Source: Eledone cirrhosa
Taxonomy: Eukaryota
Direction: 5' to 3'
Assembly: GCA_964016885.1 (NCBI GenBank)
Contig: CAXHJY010001465.1
Location: 1 to 31,955, forward strand
DNA: 31,955 bases
Every line of letters begins with the position of its first letter. Positions within the stretch are counted from its first letter, which is position 1. A program made the translations under genes and the position numbers. This document shows, in pieces, positions 12,153 through 24,308 of this stretch. The notes beneath the pieces are model-generated. The model saw only the letters and a list, made by a program, of their open reading frames with translations, searched no databases and was not told the origin of the DNA.

Positions 12153-12357
12153 GTAAAGTAAATATTGACGAATGGGCTCTAGGCTGGCTTAATCACCGGT
12201 TCGATCCTCGTTTGAGACAATTGTCTTTATTTATTGTTTAACTAACTGTTCTTCAGTGACATAGATAGATAGGCTGAGATAGTTAGACAAAGGGGTTTGA
12301 TTCTTATTTGAACAAATTCTCCCATTATTATCGTCTTCATTTGCTCCAATAGCTCAG

Positions 12358-12415
<58 letters not shown>
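12358..12415. repeat. (GATA)n microsatellite
   Basis: Direct reading. Confidence 0.95.
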
Positions 12416-12416
<1 letters not shown>

Positions 12417-12894
12417 GAGAGGGGGGGGGAGTATTATGAAGATATAAATTCCCATAACTGATTCGTCTACTAAATCATCTTTAGAAAGATGGACTATATT
12501 TCAGTAGATTTAGCTGGTCCATAATCAGATGATTGCATGACAAATCTTTCTGATGATGGTGATCCCATTAACGGTTTGTTTATATTAGCAAAGGATCGAT
12601 TTTAGTTCAACGCTCCAAGGTTGGCATGGTAGTAAGGTCCCAAACAATATGGTCAATGTATAATGACCCCCACAACAACATTTATCTCCCCCTTTTCTCG
12701 TAATTAATTCGTTGGTTAATATAACACAACCATATAGTCCTTAGGTGCCGTTTGTTGACTGATGTCTCCTTGCTTTGTGAGTAAACTGTAAAAAAAAATA
12801 AAATTATGTGGCTGTATGTCAAAGACAGAATGGGGTACTGTATAAAGTCGCAGAGGTTTCTGCAAGCAGCTGGATCCTGTCACCGTACCGCGTG

Positions 12895-13100
12895 CATTAG
12901 TGTGCCCCTACGTGTTAGCTGGATCTACTAGAAATATCTCCCCAATTCACACCTTAACAACCGTTAAAAAAAGGGAAGAACGCATTGGTCAATGTAGTCC
13001 TTGAAATATTTCATCTGAAGGAAAAAAAAACACACACACACACTAAGATGATTATGGTTTAATCGCCAGTGACCATAGCTCTACTCAGCTGGACAACAAC
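12895..13100 (-). mobile_element. Interspersed repeat X
   Basis: Reverse complement contains ggactacattgaccaatg...tatttctagtag...cacgtaggggc, matching 4455-4628. Confidence 0.55.
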
Positions 13101-13410
13101 CATCAAAAGCTACGCCTAGTTTACTTAGCTATAAATTGATATTGCACAATTAGGACAGCAAGTCGTTCCTTTAGTTTGCAGTGTTAAATTCAAGATCATT
13201 TCTGGACATGAGTTGGAAAAGAATTCAGTCCCGGTTAGTCGGTGCCTTTGATCGAGAACATTTCAGCTCCTAGTGATTGACTTGGTCCACCTGGAAACGG
13301 ACAGACCATTTATGGCAGTAAGGAAAGTGTATCTCGGCTGGAGAGTCCCTTGAAAATGTACACTATCGTCCTACCCCGTTATGTGGTGAATAATGAGATA
13401 TTTGCTTAAT

Positions 13411-13565
13411 GGGCACGTGGTTTGAATGTCTCAGGAAAGAATCACTGGACAGATTTTACGAGCAGGAGACCTAGGGTTAGACCACGAGCAAGATGATTGG
13501 ATAAGATCCATGAGTTTGTCTGGTCTCGCTTGAGAATCCAGCTGGATCAGTTGGAGGCGTTAGCT
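13411..13565 (+). mobile_element. RTE-clade (Expander/Rex3-like) LINE 3' end, first half
   Basis: GHVV*MSQERITGQILRA / RRPRVRPRAR*LDKIHEFVWSRLRIQLDQLEALA; continues at 14235. Confidence 0.8.
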
Positions 13566-13815
13566 CATTAGCTATACAATTATGAAAGACAACATTGCAA
13601 ATAATAAGCATAAAATATTATATATCCCAGCGGATATTAAGAACTCTTGACAGGTGCAATGTGTCCAAACACGGAAGAGCCGAACTCCCATTTCTCTCGC
13701 CCTCACCATCTCTCTGTATAGTGAGCAAATGGGGTCCCACATGCTGGCTGTCCCACAGCCCCGGCGGACAGAATGGAGAAGGCCTTTCCCCGGAGGATGG
13801 CAAGGGAGATGCGCT

Positions 13816-14204
13816 TCTTCTTTTCGTATCTTCGAAGTATGTGGTTATATGACAGTTTCCCATTTCTTTACACAGTCCTTTGCATTATTGGCAGTATCGG
13901 TAGAGGGTCGGACGCCATGCTTTCCAGCATAGTTACGTCCCTTTACGATCTGAGTTCAAATCCCGCCGAGGTTGACTTTGCCTTTCATCCTTACGGGGTC
14001 GATAAAATAAAGTACCAGTAATGCACTGGGTAATTGCTGGCCTGGTGCCTAAAGTAGAAACAATTATTAAATTCTGCGAGATCTTTTAAGCTGCACTGGT
14101 TGGGTAGTAGAGCGCAAACAAGGCAGTGCTGCATCGTATGGTCCTCCTCTTCGCACTCGCAGATGGTTGGGCCGGTCTTGGAGCCCCATCTGGCCATAGC
14201 AGCT
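13816..14204 (-). mobile_element. Vingi/Ingi-like LINE 3' fragment with (GAA)n tail, split by a SINE
   Basis: Removing the SINE restores MARWGSKTGPTICECEEEDHTMQHCLVCALLPNQCSLKDLAEFNNAKDCVKKWETVI* (CxC..HxxxC knuckle); TSD gg(a/g)gatgcgct at 13805-13815 and 14205-14215. Confidence 0.75.
13890..14062 (+). mobile_element. SINE family 1, young copy
   Basis: Close match to the 10058 copy; ATTATT duplicated at 13884-13889 and 14063-14068. Confidence 0.92.
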
Positions 14205-14234
14205 GGGGATGCGCTGGAAGAGCCATTCCATCTC

Positions 14235-14322
14235 GCGGTAGCTTCTGACAGGACCCGCTGGAAGGAGTGTCTGAGGACCCTGTCCCCGACGACCCTCTCG
14301 GGAATAAGTGGGCGAACAAGTA
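14235..14322 (+). mobile_element. RTE-clade LINE 3' end, second half
   Basis: AVASDRTRWKECLRTLSP..., collinear with the uninterrupted copy at 30430-30625. Confidence 0.8.
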
Positions 14323-15054
14323 AATTTAAAACCTGTTGCTTCTGTTATATTCTGTTACTACTACCGTACTTACTCTGTCATAATCTTCTTTTCTCACCCA
14401 ATCCTCTGTCCAGTACTTCCTACTCCGCCCACGCTGACACCTTTCTATTTACGGTAAGATGATGATGATGGTGGTGATGATGGTGGTCCTGGTGGCGGTG
14501 TGACTTATTAATCTAGTTCCTCTCGAGAGGCGTGTCCACCCATCGCCCTTCAAACAGTGAGTGGGGAAGGGGACCTAAATGAGAGGCAATAGGTTAATGG
14601 TGGTGGAGTGGAGGTAAGAGTTGAGACTTCACAAACATCTCTCACTTTCTCTCTTTATTTCCCTTTCTAATATCTACACGTCAGACTTACACACGTGTGT
14701 GTGTGTGTGTGGGGGTGGGTTCCGGTGTAGAGTGGTATAAAGCCTGTATAGCGGTACAAGTGTTGTGGGAGTGATATATAGTGTCTGTCTCTCTATCTAC
14801 CTACCTCTCTATCTATCTATCTACCTACCTACCTCTCTCTACCTCTCTACCCACCTACCTCTCTCCACCTCTCTCTCTATTTATCTGTATGTATGCGTTA
14901 GTGTTTATATTGTATGTATGTATGTAAGGGTGTATGTATTTATATAATGTATATATGTGTGAACAGGTATACATAGGTACACATACTTGTGAGCATGTAT
15001 AAGGAACATCTCTGGTCGAAGACCCTGAATACGTATCAACATCCCGCGTGTATT

Positions 15055-15152
15055 CATACTCACGTACGTACACACACTAACACACTAACCTACATACTCA
15101 CGTACGTACACACACTAACACACATACGCACGTACGTACACACACTAACACA
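15055..15152. repeat. Three ~30-bp tandem units
   Basis: cacgtacgtacacacactaacac occurs three times. Confidence 0.85.
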
Positions 15153-15260
15153 AACAATAATACACAAATGTAAACTAGAACACGGATATATACAAGTCAT
15201 AAAGGCGAAAACGCATTTATGCATACACAAACACTCCCATGACAAAAGTGTTCGGCAGTG

Positions 15261-15304
<44 letters not shown>

Positions 15305-15308
<4 letters not shown>

Positions 15309-15945
15309 GGTGTATGAGCTGATGAGTTCGATTCCCGTAAAGGGCAGTGTGTTGGGCCCTTAAGCAAGACCCATCACTTCACGTTGCTCCAGTTAACTGA
15401 AGAAGTATGCAAATCCATTGTTATTCCACGGAGGACCCTTTATGTATATACAAACATATATATATGTGTGTTTGTGTATATATATATATATGTATATATG
15501 TATATATATATGTATGTATGTGTATGTATGTATGGGAGAGATGACCCCTTAGCCTTTGTCAAGGCAGAATTCTAGGAGAAGGAAAACTCTGATATAACAC
15601 CTGCAACCCTGATGGTATCCAATCATGTTGACTTGTTCTTCTTTTTGGTAAATATCATCTTGGTTAAGAGAGTGGGACTGGCTTTGTGCAGTGCCTTTGC
15701 TCACTATAAAAGCTTCACGGCACAGGCATTGCTTTATATCTGGAGATCTCTCTGCACTTGTCGTCACGTGGTACCATGGGCCCAGCACTATGTGTCAATA
15801 ATTGTCACAGGTGTAGTGTTTGTACCAGAGTTTTCAAGTCGCTGGCTGGACTAAAATGTCACACTTGTTCAGCGCATCAGTAGGGGTTCTCCTACATGGA
15901 TATAAAGTAGTGGCCGTACTAGAAAACGAGTTGGCAGCCACCATA
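15305..15945 (+). mobile_element. Composite CORE-SINE with RTE-derived middle and 3' parts, interrupted by a microsatellite at 15441-15533
   Basis: B-box gagttcgattccc; CORE-like ccttaagcaagac...ttgctccag; ctaggagaaggaaaactctg (RTE 5'UTR-like); 15812-15883 [23 protein letters not shown] (RTE C-terminal C2H2); (TATG)n tail. Confidence 0.6.
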
Positions 15946-16051
15946 TGTATGTATATATATGTATGTATATATGTATGTGTATGTATGTATATATATGTAT
16001 ATATGTATGTATGTATGAATTATATGTATATATATATGTATGTATATATGT

Positions 16052-16082
<31 letters not shown>

Positions 16083-16300
16083 TATATATATGTATGTGTA
16101 TGTATGTATATATATGTATGTATGTATGTGTATGTATGTATATATATATATATGTATGTATATATATGTATATATGTATGTAAGTATATATATGTAAGTA
16201 TATATATATATGCAAGTATATATATGTATATATATATATGTATGTATATATATATGTATATATATATATGTATGTATATATATATGTATATATATGTATG

Positions 16301-16331
<31 letters not shown>

Positions 16332-16522
16332 ATATGTATATATATATATATATGTATGTATATATATATATATATGTGTGTATGTATATATATGTGTATG
16401 TATATATATATATGTATGTATATATATGTATATATATGTATGTATATATATGTATATATATGTATGTATATATATGTATATGTATGTATGTATATATGTA
16501 TGTATATGTATGTATATATATG

Positions 16523-16554
<32 letters not shown>

Positions 16555-16614
16555 TGTATGTATGTATGTATGTATGTATGTATGTATGTATGTATGTATA
16601 TGTATGTATGTATG
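15945..16614. repeat. (TATG/TA)n microsatellite field
   Basis: Direct reading. Confidence 0.97.
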
Positions 16615-17064
16615 TTCTTCGGGTTTTATAATTTCACAAAGTTTTACCAATAGAGAGAGAGAGTCGGTTTATAACATAGACACAAGACTCTCTCATTGGA
16701 ATTTACACATCTACTAGGCAGATTATGTATGCATGCATGTGTAGATATGGATGTTATTGTATGTGTGGATGTGTATGTTTTGAGTTGTATGTGTGCATGT
16801 GTATATGCTTTGTATCGGTACATGTGTATATGCAGTTATTAGATGCAACATTTTTGGAATGTTTTACATATTTTTACTGTTCCATTAATGGATTGTACTT
16901 GTAATTTCCTAACTAGTTGTGTTCTTTCTGTTCCTGTGAAGCCCAGCTTCTCAAGATTTGTATTGAGGCAGTTACTAACATACCCCAGTGCCCCAATAAT
17001 CACAGGCATAAATCTGAAGGTGTAATCAGGGTGGAGTATCTGCAGATTTCTCATTAGTTCTGCA

Positions 17065-17066
<2 letters not shown>
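16615..17066 (-). mobile_element. 5'-truncated RLE-type non-LTR retrotransposon (R4/Dong-like), C-terminus plus 3' UTR
   Basis: [42 protein letters not shown]...[18 protein letters not shown] (P.(I/V)IGALG and LQ...GT..I motifs); UTR ends aaaacccgaagaa followed by (CATA)n. Confidence 0.8.
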
Positions 17067-19770
<2,704 letters not shown>

Positions 19771-20114
19771 CACACAAACGCTCACGAAGAAAATCATAAC
19801 ACACACATATATATATAAACAAATAATATAATACATACACATATACATACGTCTCCTGACAGTTTTACCACTTGAGAAATTTCACAAATGGTTTCGTTTA
19901 TCTAATTAGTATGTAATTAATGTGAACGACGACAACAACAATAACATCAGCAGCTAGAAACCATCATAGAACATATGAAAAATAAAAGGGGTAAAAACGT
20001 ATGAGGCGTGGTAAAAGGCAGGGAGTTTTAAGTTGACACCCAAGTGCCTAAGTTCACACAGCCACGAATAAAGAAAGATTGATAAGATATGGTAGAATGT
20101 TTCATTATTTCCAG

Positions 20115-20191
20115 ATTGAGGATGATGAAGGCGGCTGAGGACTGTGTAGTGGGTCGAAATATTCCATTTGGAAGTAAAAATGGCGTTCTTA
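20115..20191 (+). other. Candidate short coding exon (unverified)
   Basis: Acceptor tttcattatttccag; open frame LRMMKAAEDCVVGRNIPFGSKNGVL; only weak donors (gtaaaa at 20174, gttgag at 20192). Confidence 0.2.
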
Positions 20192-20217
20192 GTTGAGTCG
20201 TTATTATTATTACAAGC

Positions 20218-20309
20218 GTTGACTTTGCCTTTCATCCTTACGGGGTCGATAAAATAAAGTACCAGTAATGCACTGGGTAATTGCTGGCCTTGTGCCTAAA
20301 GTAGAAACA
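20218..20309 (+). mobile_element. SINE family 1, 5'-truncated, with 15-bp TSD
   Basis: attattattacaagc at 20203-20217 and 20310-20324. Confidence 0.9.
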
Positions 20310-20321
20310 ATTATTATTACA

Positions 20322-20473
20322 AGCATAGAGTTACGTCCCTTTATGATCTGAGTTCAAATCCCACAGAGGTTAACTTTGCCTTTCATCCTTACGAGGTCGA
20401 TAAAATAAAGCACCAGTAATGTACTGGGGTAATTGCTGGCCTTGTGCCAAAAGTAGAAACAATTGTTATTATT
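20322..20473 (+). mobile_element. SINE family 1, 5'-truncated
   Basis: agcatagagttacgtccc...gagttcaaatccc...ccaaaagtagaaacaattgttattatt. Confidence 0.9.
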
Positions 20474-20485
20474 ACCGCTAAGGTC

Positions 20486-20592
20486 AGGGTGGTGGATTAA
20501 AAGTAGCGTTTGAGGCGTCGGACATATTGTAACCTCCCTTTACGCACTGAGTTCAATACAGCCGAGGTCAACTTTAACTTTCATCCTTTGGA
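20486..20592 (+). mobile_element. SINE family 1, older 5' half
   Basis: gggtggtggatt...gagttcaatacagccgaggtcaactttaactttcatcc. Confidence 0.75.
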
Positions 20593-21169
20593 TGGTTGTG
20601 TTCTGCAAAGTTTCAAATGTTCCGAGACACACCGCGTGTTAGGACGGCGCATTTACAACTCTATCAGGGATTAAAAGCCCTTTACTTACCGATGGTGAGG
20701 TTCCCCTAGTTTGCGCAATATATATATTGTCCAATGTGCCCTTTTGTAAATTTTAAGCAAATACTGATGCTTGGAAAATACTGAAATATGAAATGAAACT
20801 ACAAAAAAAAAAAAAAAAAATAGGTGAAATAACTTGAAAATATTTAATAAGTTTCAAACATTTGTTTAAAAAGACTGTTTTTTAATGTGACCACCACTCG
20901 TGATTAGTGTTGGAGTTGTGCCATGAAATCTCTGTTCATGGTTAGTTTTGGAACTATGTGACGTGATCTTCACTTTTGGTTCCAGTTGGAACGGTGCCAC
21001 GACCTATGATCTCGTAGAAATTATATGAAAGCGAACGACGAGAAAGGCTGTTTAGTTTTTAAGTTAGTGGCTAGGTGAGTTGATGAATAAGTCGTATTTG
21101 TAATATCCATTCTGTAATAGGAGGAAACTAAAATGAAAATGGCTCTTAGGAAAAATATAAGCTTTTGAA

Positions 21170-21255
21170 AAAGTTCTGGGGGTCGATGAGGTCAACTAAA
21201 TTCCTTTACGGTGGTAGTAGCGGCCCATGAGGGCTGAATTTTGATGACTGAGAGA
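21170..21255 (+). mobile_element. Degenerate SINE tail fragment of a related subfamily
   Basis: ctgggggtcgatgaggtcaactaaa...tgactga. Confidence 0.4.
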
Positions 21256-21320
21256 GAGTATATATACACACACACTCGTTTATGTTCACCATTGGATAAA
21301 ACACGTCGTTCCGTTTAGTT

Positions 21321-21430
21321 AATAATTGTTTCTGCTTTTGGCACAAGGCCAGCAATTATATCAGTGTATTACTGGTACTTTATTTTATCGAGACCGTAAG
21401 GATGAAAGGCAAAGTTAACCTCGGCGGGAA
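21321..21430 (-). mobile_element. SINE family 1, 5'-truncated
   Basis: aataattgtttct...ggcacaaggccagcaat...ggatgaaaggcaaagttaacctcggcggga. Confidence 0.9.
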
Positions 21431-21788
21431 TATGTAGTAACCGAAAAAGAACACACACATTTTATATATATATATATACAATATATTAACAAATGGAAAC
21501 TATATTTATAAAACCATATTTATTTTATTATACATATTTCAAGGGCCACCAAAGGCAAATTATGGTGCGCTTTCATCAGATAAAATACAATACAGATTTG
21601 TTTTATAAATAATTTGCCTTTGGTGGCCCTTGAAATATGTATAATAAAATAAATATGGTTTTATAAATATAGTTTCCATTTGTTAATATATTGTATATTT
21701 ACTCTATACATTGTTGAGTGCTTTATGTCAGTTATAAAATTTGTATGTCAGTTATAAAATTGAATCCCAACAAATTAAATATAACCTC

Positions 21789-21824
<36 letters not shown>

Positions 21825-21854
21825 GTGTGTGTTCTTTTTCGGTTACTACATATT
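21429..21854. repeat. Long inverted repeat around HHR2 (Penelope-like pLTR arrangement)
   Basis: Perfect 90-bp arms 21474-21563 and 21609-21698 with a 45-nt spacer; outer arms 21429-21473 and ~21810-21854; ~100-bp extra segment in the right arm. Confidence 0.92.
21521..21587 (-). ncRNA. Type I hammerhead ribozyme HHR2
   Basis: Minus strand: TATTTTAT CTGATGA AAG-c-GCACCA-taatttgcctt-TGGTG(g)C-c-CTT GAAA TATGTA TA| ATAAAATA. Confidence 0.8.
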
Positions 21855-23139
21855 AGTTAGTTTGTGTGCACCTAAAAGTTGTCTAATGCGATACAAATCA
21901 TAATGAGGATGTTAAGAATAATAACTTGGCTTTACTGTATTACCGAAAGAATAAGTTTCGTTTCTTCGTTTTTGTAGATAACCCTTCTTTTTTATATTTA
22001 CTATACACCCCCCTCTTCAACATTTGTTTTTATGTTTAAATCTATACTTACATTTGTTATGTAATTTTTATCTTTAGCAATTTTAAACCGAAACGAAATC
22101 ATTATAAAAGCTTAGCAAATGAGAAAAGTAATGATTTTAAGTGCAAACATACTTAATGCTTCATGGGTATATGTAAAAACAATATCGTTAAAAAAAAAGA
22201 AGCCCGTGTGTTTAGGGTGTCAAAAACACAGCATTTAGTTTATTTTGAAGTGTAAAGTATTAGAAATGAAGTGGTGTTAATTAAAATAACAACAACACTT
22301 TGTTTGTCTTGCGGACCAGGGTCTAAAAATGTACACTAAATTAAAACTTATTCGCTTCGTTTCAGTGACCCTGGGCGCCAATTTATTTTTTGTACGTTTT
22401 CTATTACCGTTCATAGCATTTTTAATTAATCCGCATTTTTTTTTCGTATCTTTTTCAATTTTATTACACACACACTTTCCGAACTTCCGTGCCATTTCAA
22501 TAAATATTACCAATACTCTGTTGACATAAATAATTCTTGTTTTGTATCCTTTTAGTCTGATACGTTTATTTTCTTCTTATATTATTACTTTTTTAAAAAT
22601 ACAATTGTATTTTTATCCATACTTCCACTTTTTAAATGGACATAGAAACGGTGTTGGTAGTGCTGGTTGGGAATATAAATGTCTGTATTTACTTGTGTGT
22701 CTTTTTGTTTACGATACATTTAAGCGTTCGTGTTGTCTCATAAAGGGAGACAACTGCTATTGGCTATATAGCATTTAATACATACATGCTTATATGCTTG
22801 GTGATACTAACTTACGGATTGCGTGTGTGCGTGTATTAGTCTCCTACTTGTTTGTATTTTTTTCGTTTTTGTGGTTATAAACCATGGCTACATAGACGTG
22901 GTCGTTTTATTCATAGTCGCATACTTACTCAACTTCGTGTTTACTCTGGACAAAAATGAATTAACTTCTCGCACCATTGTGTGCTTTGTGACCGCTTCAA
23001 ACAATTCGAATAGTATCTGTTCTACTGCGGCTGCAACTTGGCTATATATATAACCAAAGATTAATATGGTTCATTGATTACTCAATTAATATAGTTTTAG
23101 AATAGATTAAAAGCACTCTACAAGGAAGTTTTCTGGAGT

Positions 23140-23342
23140 TATTAATATTATTCAGAATATTAATAAATGAAGACGTTCACATAATCAAAATATGTTTTAT
23201 TATATATATTTCGGAGGTACTGTGGTGTTTTTTCAGTATGTCCTCATCAGATAAAATATATGAATTGATGTGACACATCTCAACGGTCTTGATGGTTCAA
23301 TTCCAGTATTGGCATATATTAATATTTTGAATAATATTAATA
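23140..23342. repeat. 26-bp inverted repeat pair bracketing HHR3
   Basis: 23140-23165 vs 23317-23342, one mismatch. Confidence 0.75.
23190..23261 (-). ncRNA. Type I hammerhead ribozyme HHR3
   Basis: Minus strand: ATATATTTTAT CTGATGA GGA-ca-TACTG-aaaaaacacca-CAGTA-cc-TCC GAAA TATATA TA| ATAAAACATAT. Confidence 0.82.
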
Positions 23343-23349
23343 TATATAT

Positions 23350-23374
23350 ATTCAAGTCACAATAAAGAAATGAA

Positions 23375-23413
<39 letters not shown>

Positions 23414-23490
23414 CAATCAGGTCCTGATAGGGTAAATATAAAACAAAATACCTTGCTGCATTTGTTTCATTTCTTTATTGTGACTTGAAT
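23350..23490. repeat. Perfect 26-bp inverted repeat pair
   Basis: attcaagtcacaataaagaaatgaaa (23350-23375) vs tttcatttctttattgtgacttgaat (23465-23490). Confidence 0.9.
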
Positions 23491-23811
23491 TCAAAACCTG
23501 TTGCTCGTTGGTCCGTCACCCAGTTCAATACCACCACAACATTCTGTTGCAAACATTCGGACCAGGTCTTCCTTTACTATCACCAGTCCCAGAATTTGTT
23601 TTAAATGACTGGGATGTTGTTTTTCCTTCCTTGTTTTAACGATTTGAGAGAGAGAGAGAGAAGCAAGATCCAATATTTGTGGCGAAAACAAAATACCGGT
23701 TGGTCACCATTTCTGTTGGATCAGATGTGATGTGGGTAGTTTGAGCTAAGTCATCAACAACATTGCAGTGTCTTAAAGCTGTGTCTAATGTTCTGTTCAA
23801 TATAACTAATA

Positions 23812-24010
23812 TACTCTCGGGTTCCAAATAATAAGGTGGGGAGTGTGGAATAAGCTGGGGACTGGAAAATCGGTATTTTTTTTAGGTTCTTTCCGTTCAT
23901 TAAAAGAAAAAAGACACAAAAAAATAACAATTATTCGTTTAGTTTACATATTGAGATGCCAACCCATCATATTTACTTGATAACATAGGATTTCTAGTAA
24001 TATACTTTTC
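23812..24010 (+). mobile_element. MITE left end (same family as 3878-4226)
   Basis: Starts tactctcgggttccaaataat, cf. cactctcaggtctcaaataat at 28030; internal match to 3895-3992. Confidence 0.6.
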
Positions 24011-24011
24011 A

Positions 24012-24290
24012 CCCAACTTTCTAGAAAGAGCAACTAAATTTCCCTTAAATTATACACAACAATTAAACAAATAATTGTTTCTACGTTAGGCACAAGGCCA
24101 GCAATACCCAGTGTATTACTGGTACTTTATTTTATCGACCCCGTAAGGATGAAAGGCAAAGTTAACCTCCGCAGGATTTGAACAAATAATGGTTTCTTAA
24201 TAGAGGACACATTAGATAATGCAGTCCATATATAATTTTAAAAAGAATGGTGGTGTGGGCACTGCTGGAACTTTATAACAACCTCAGCAG
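24012..24290 (-). mobile_element. Interspersed repeat X, interrupted by a SINE
   Basis: cattagataatgcagtcc and ctagaaagagcaactaaatttcccttaaattata on either side of the SINE. Confidence 0.55.
24070..24183 (-). mobile_element. SINE family 1, truncated at the B-box
   Basis: Family sequence; aacaaataat duplicated at 24066-24075 and 24181-24190. Confidence 0.9.
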
Positions 24291-24308
24291 TCTTTAATTT
24301 CACGTTAT

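Larger units (their letters stand above)
13566..14237 (-). mobile_element. CRE-like LINE 3' fragment, split by a later insertion
   Basis: 14237-14208 gives REMEWLFQRI and 13813 downward gives RISLAILRGKAFSILSAG; flanked by gcg(t/g)tagct at 13557-13565 and 14235-14243. Confidence 0.75.

Noticed and set aside
11345-12241. 298-aa Thr/His-rich mucin-like ORF
   Set aside because: Made of (CAC)n, (TTG)n and (TG)n repeats; no domain or splice support.
12550-12575. CTGATGA plus short hairpin
   Set aside because: No GAAA after the hairpin.
20136-20170. CTGAGGA...GAAA motif
   Set aside because: The hairpin only forms by using core nucleotides; no stem I.
21855-23140. Penelope RT/GIY-YIG ORF between the ribozymes
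   Set aside because: Only short ORFs with no recognisable RT or endonuclease motifs in the frames inspected; tBLASTx could still detect decayed remnants.
23491-23811. Higher-complexity stretch with short ORFs, possible exon
   Set aside because: Stops or a (GA)n run interrupt the frames; no recognisable protein and no consistent splice pair.
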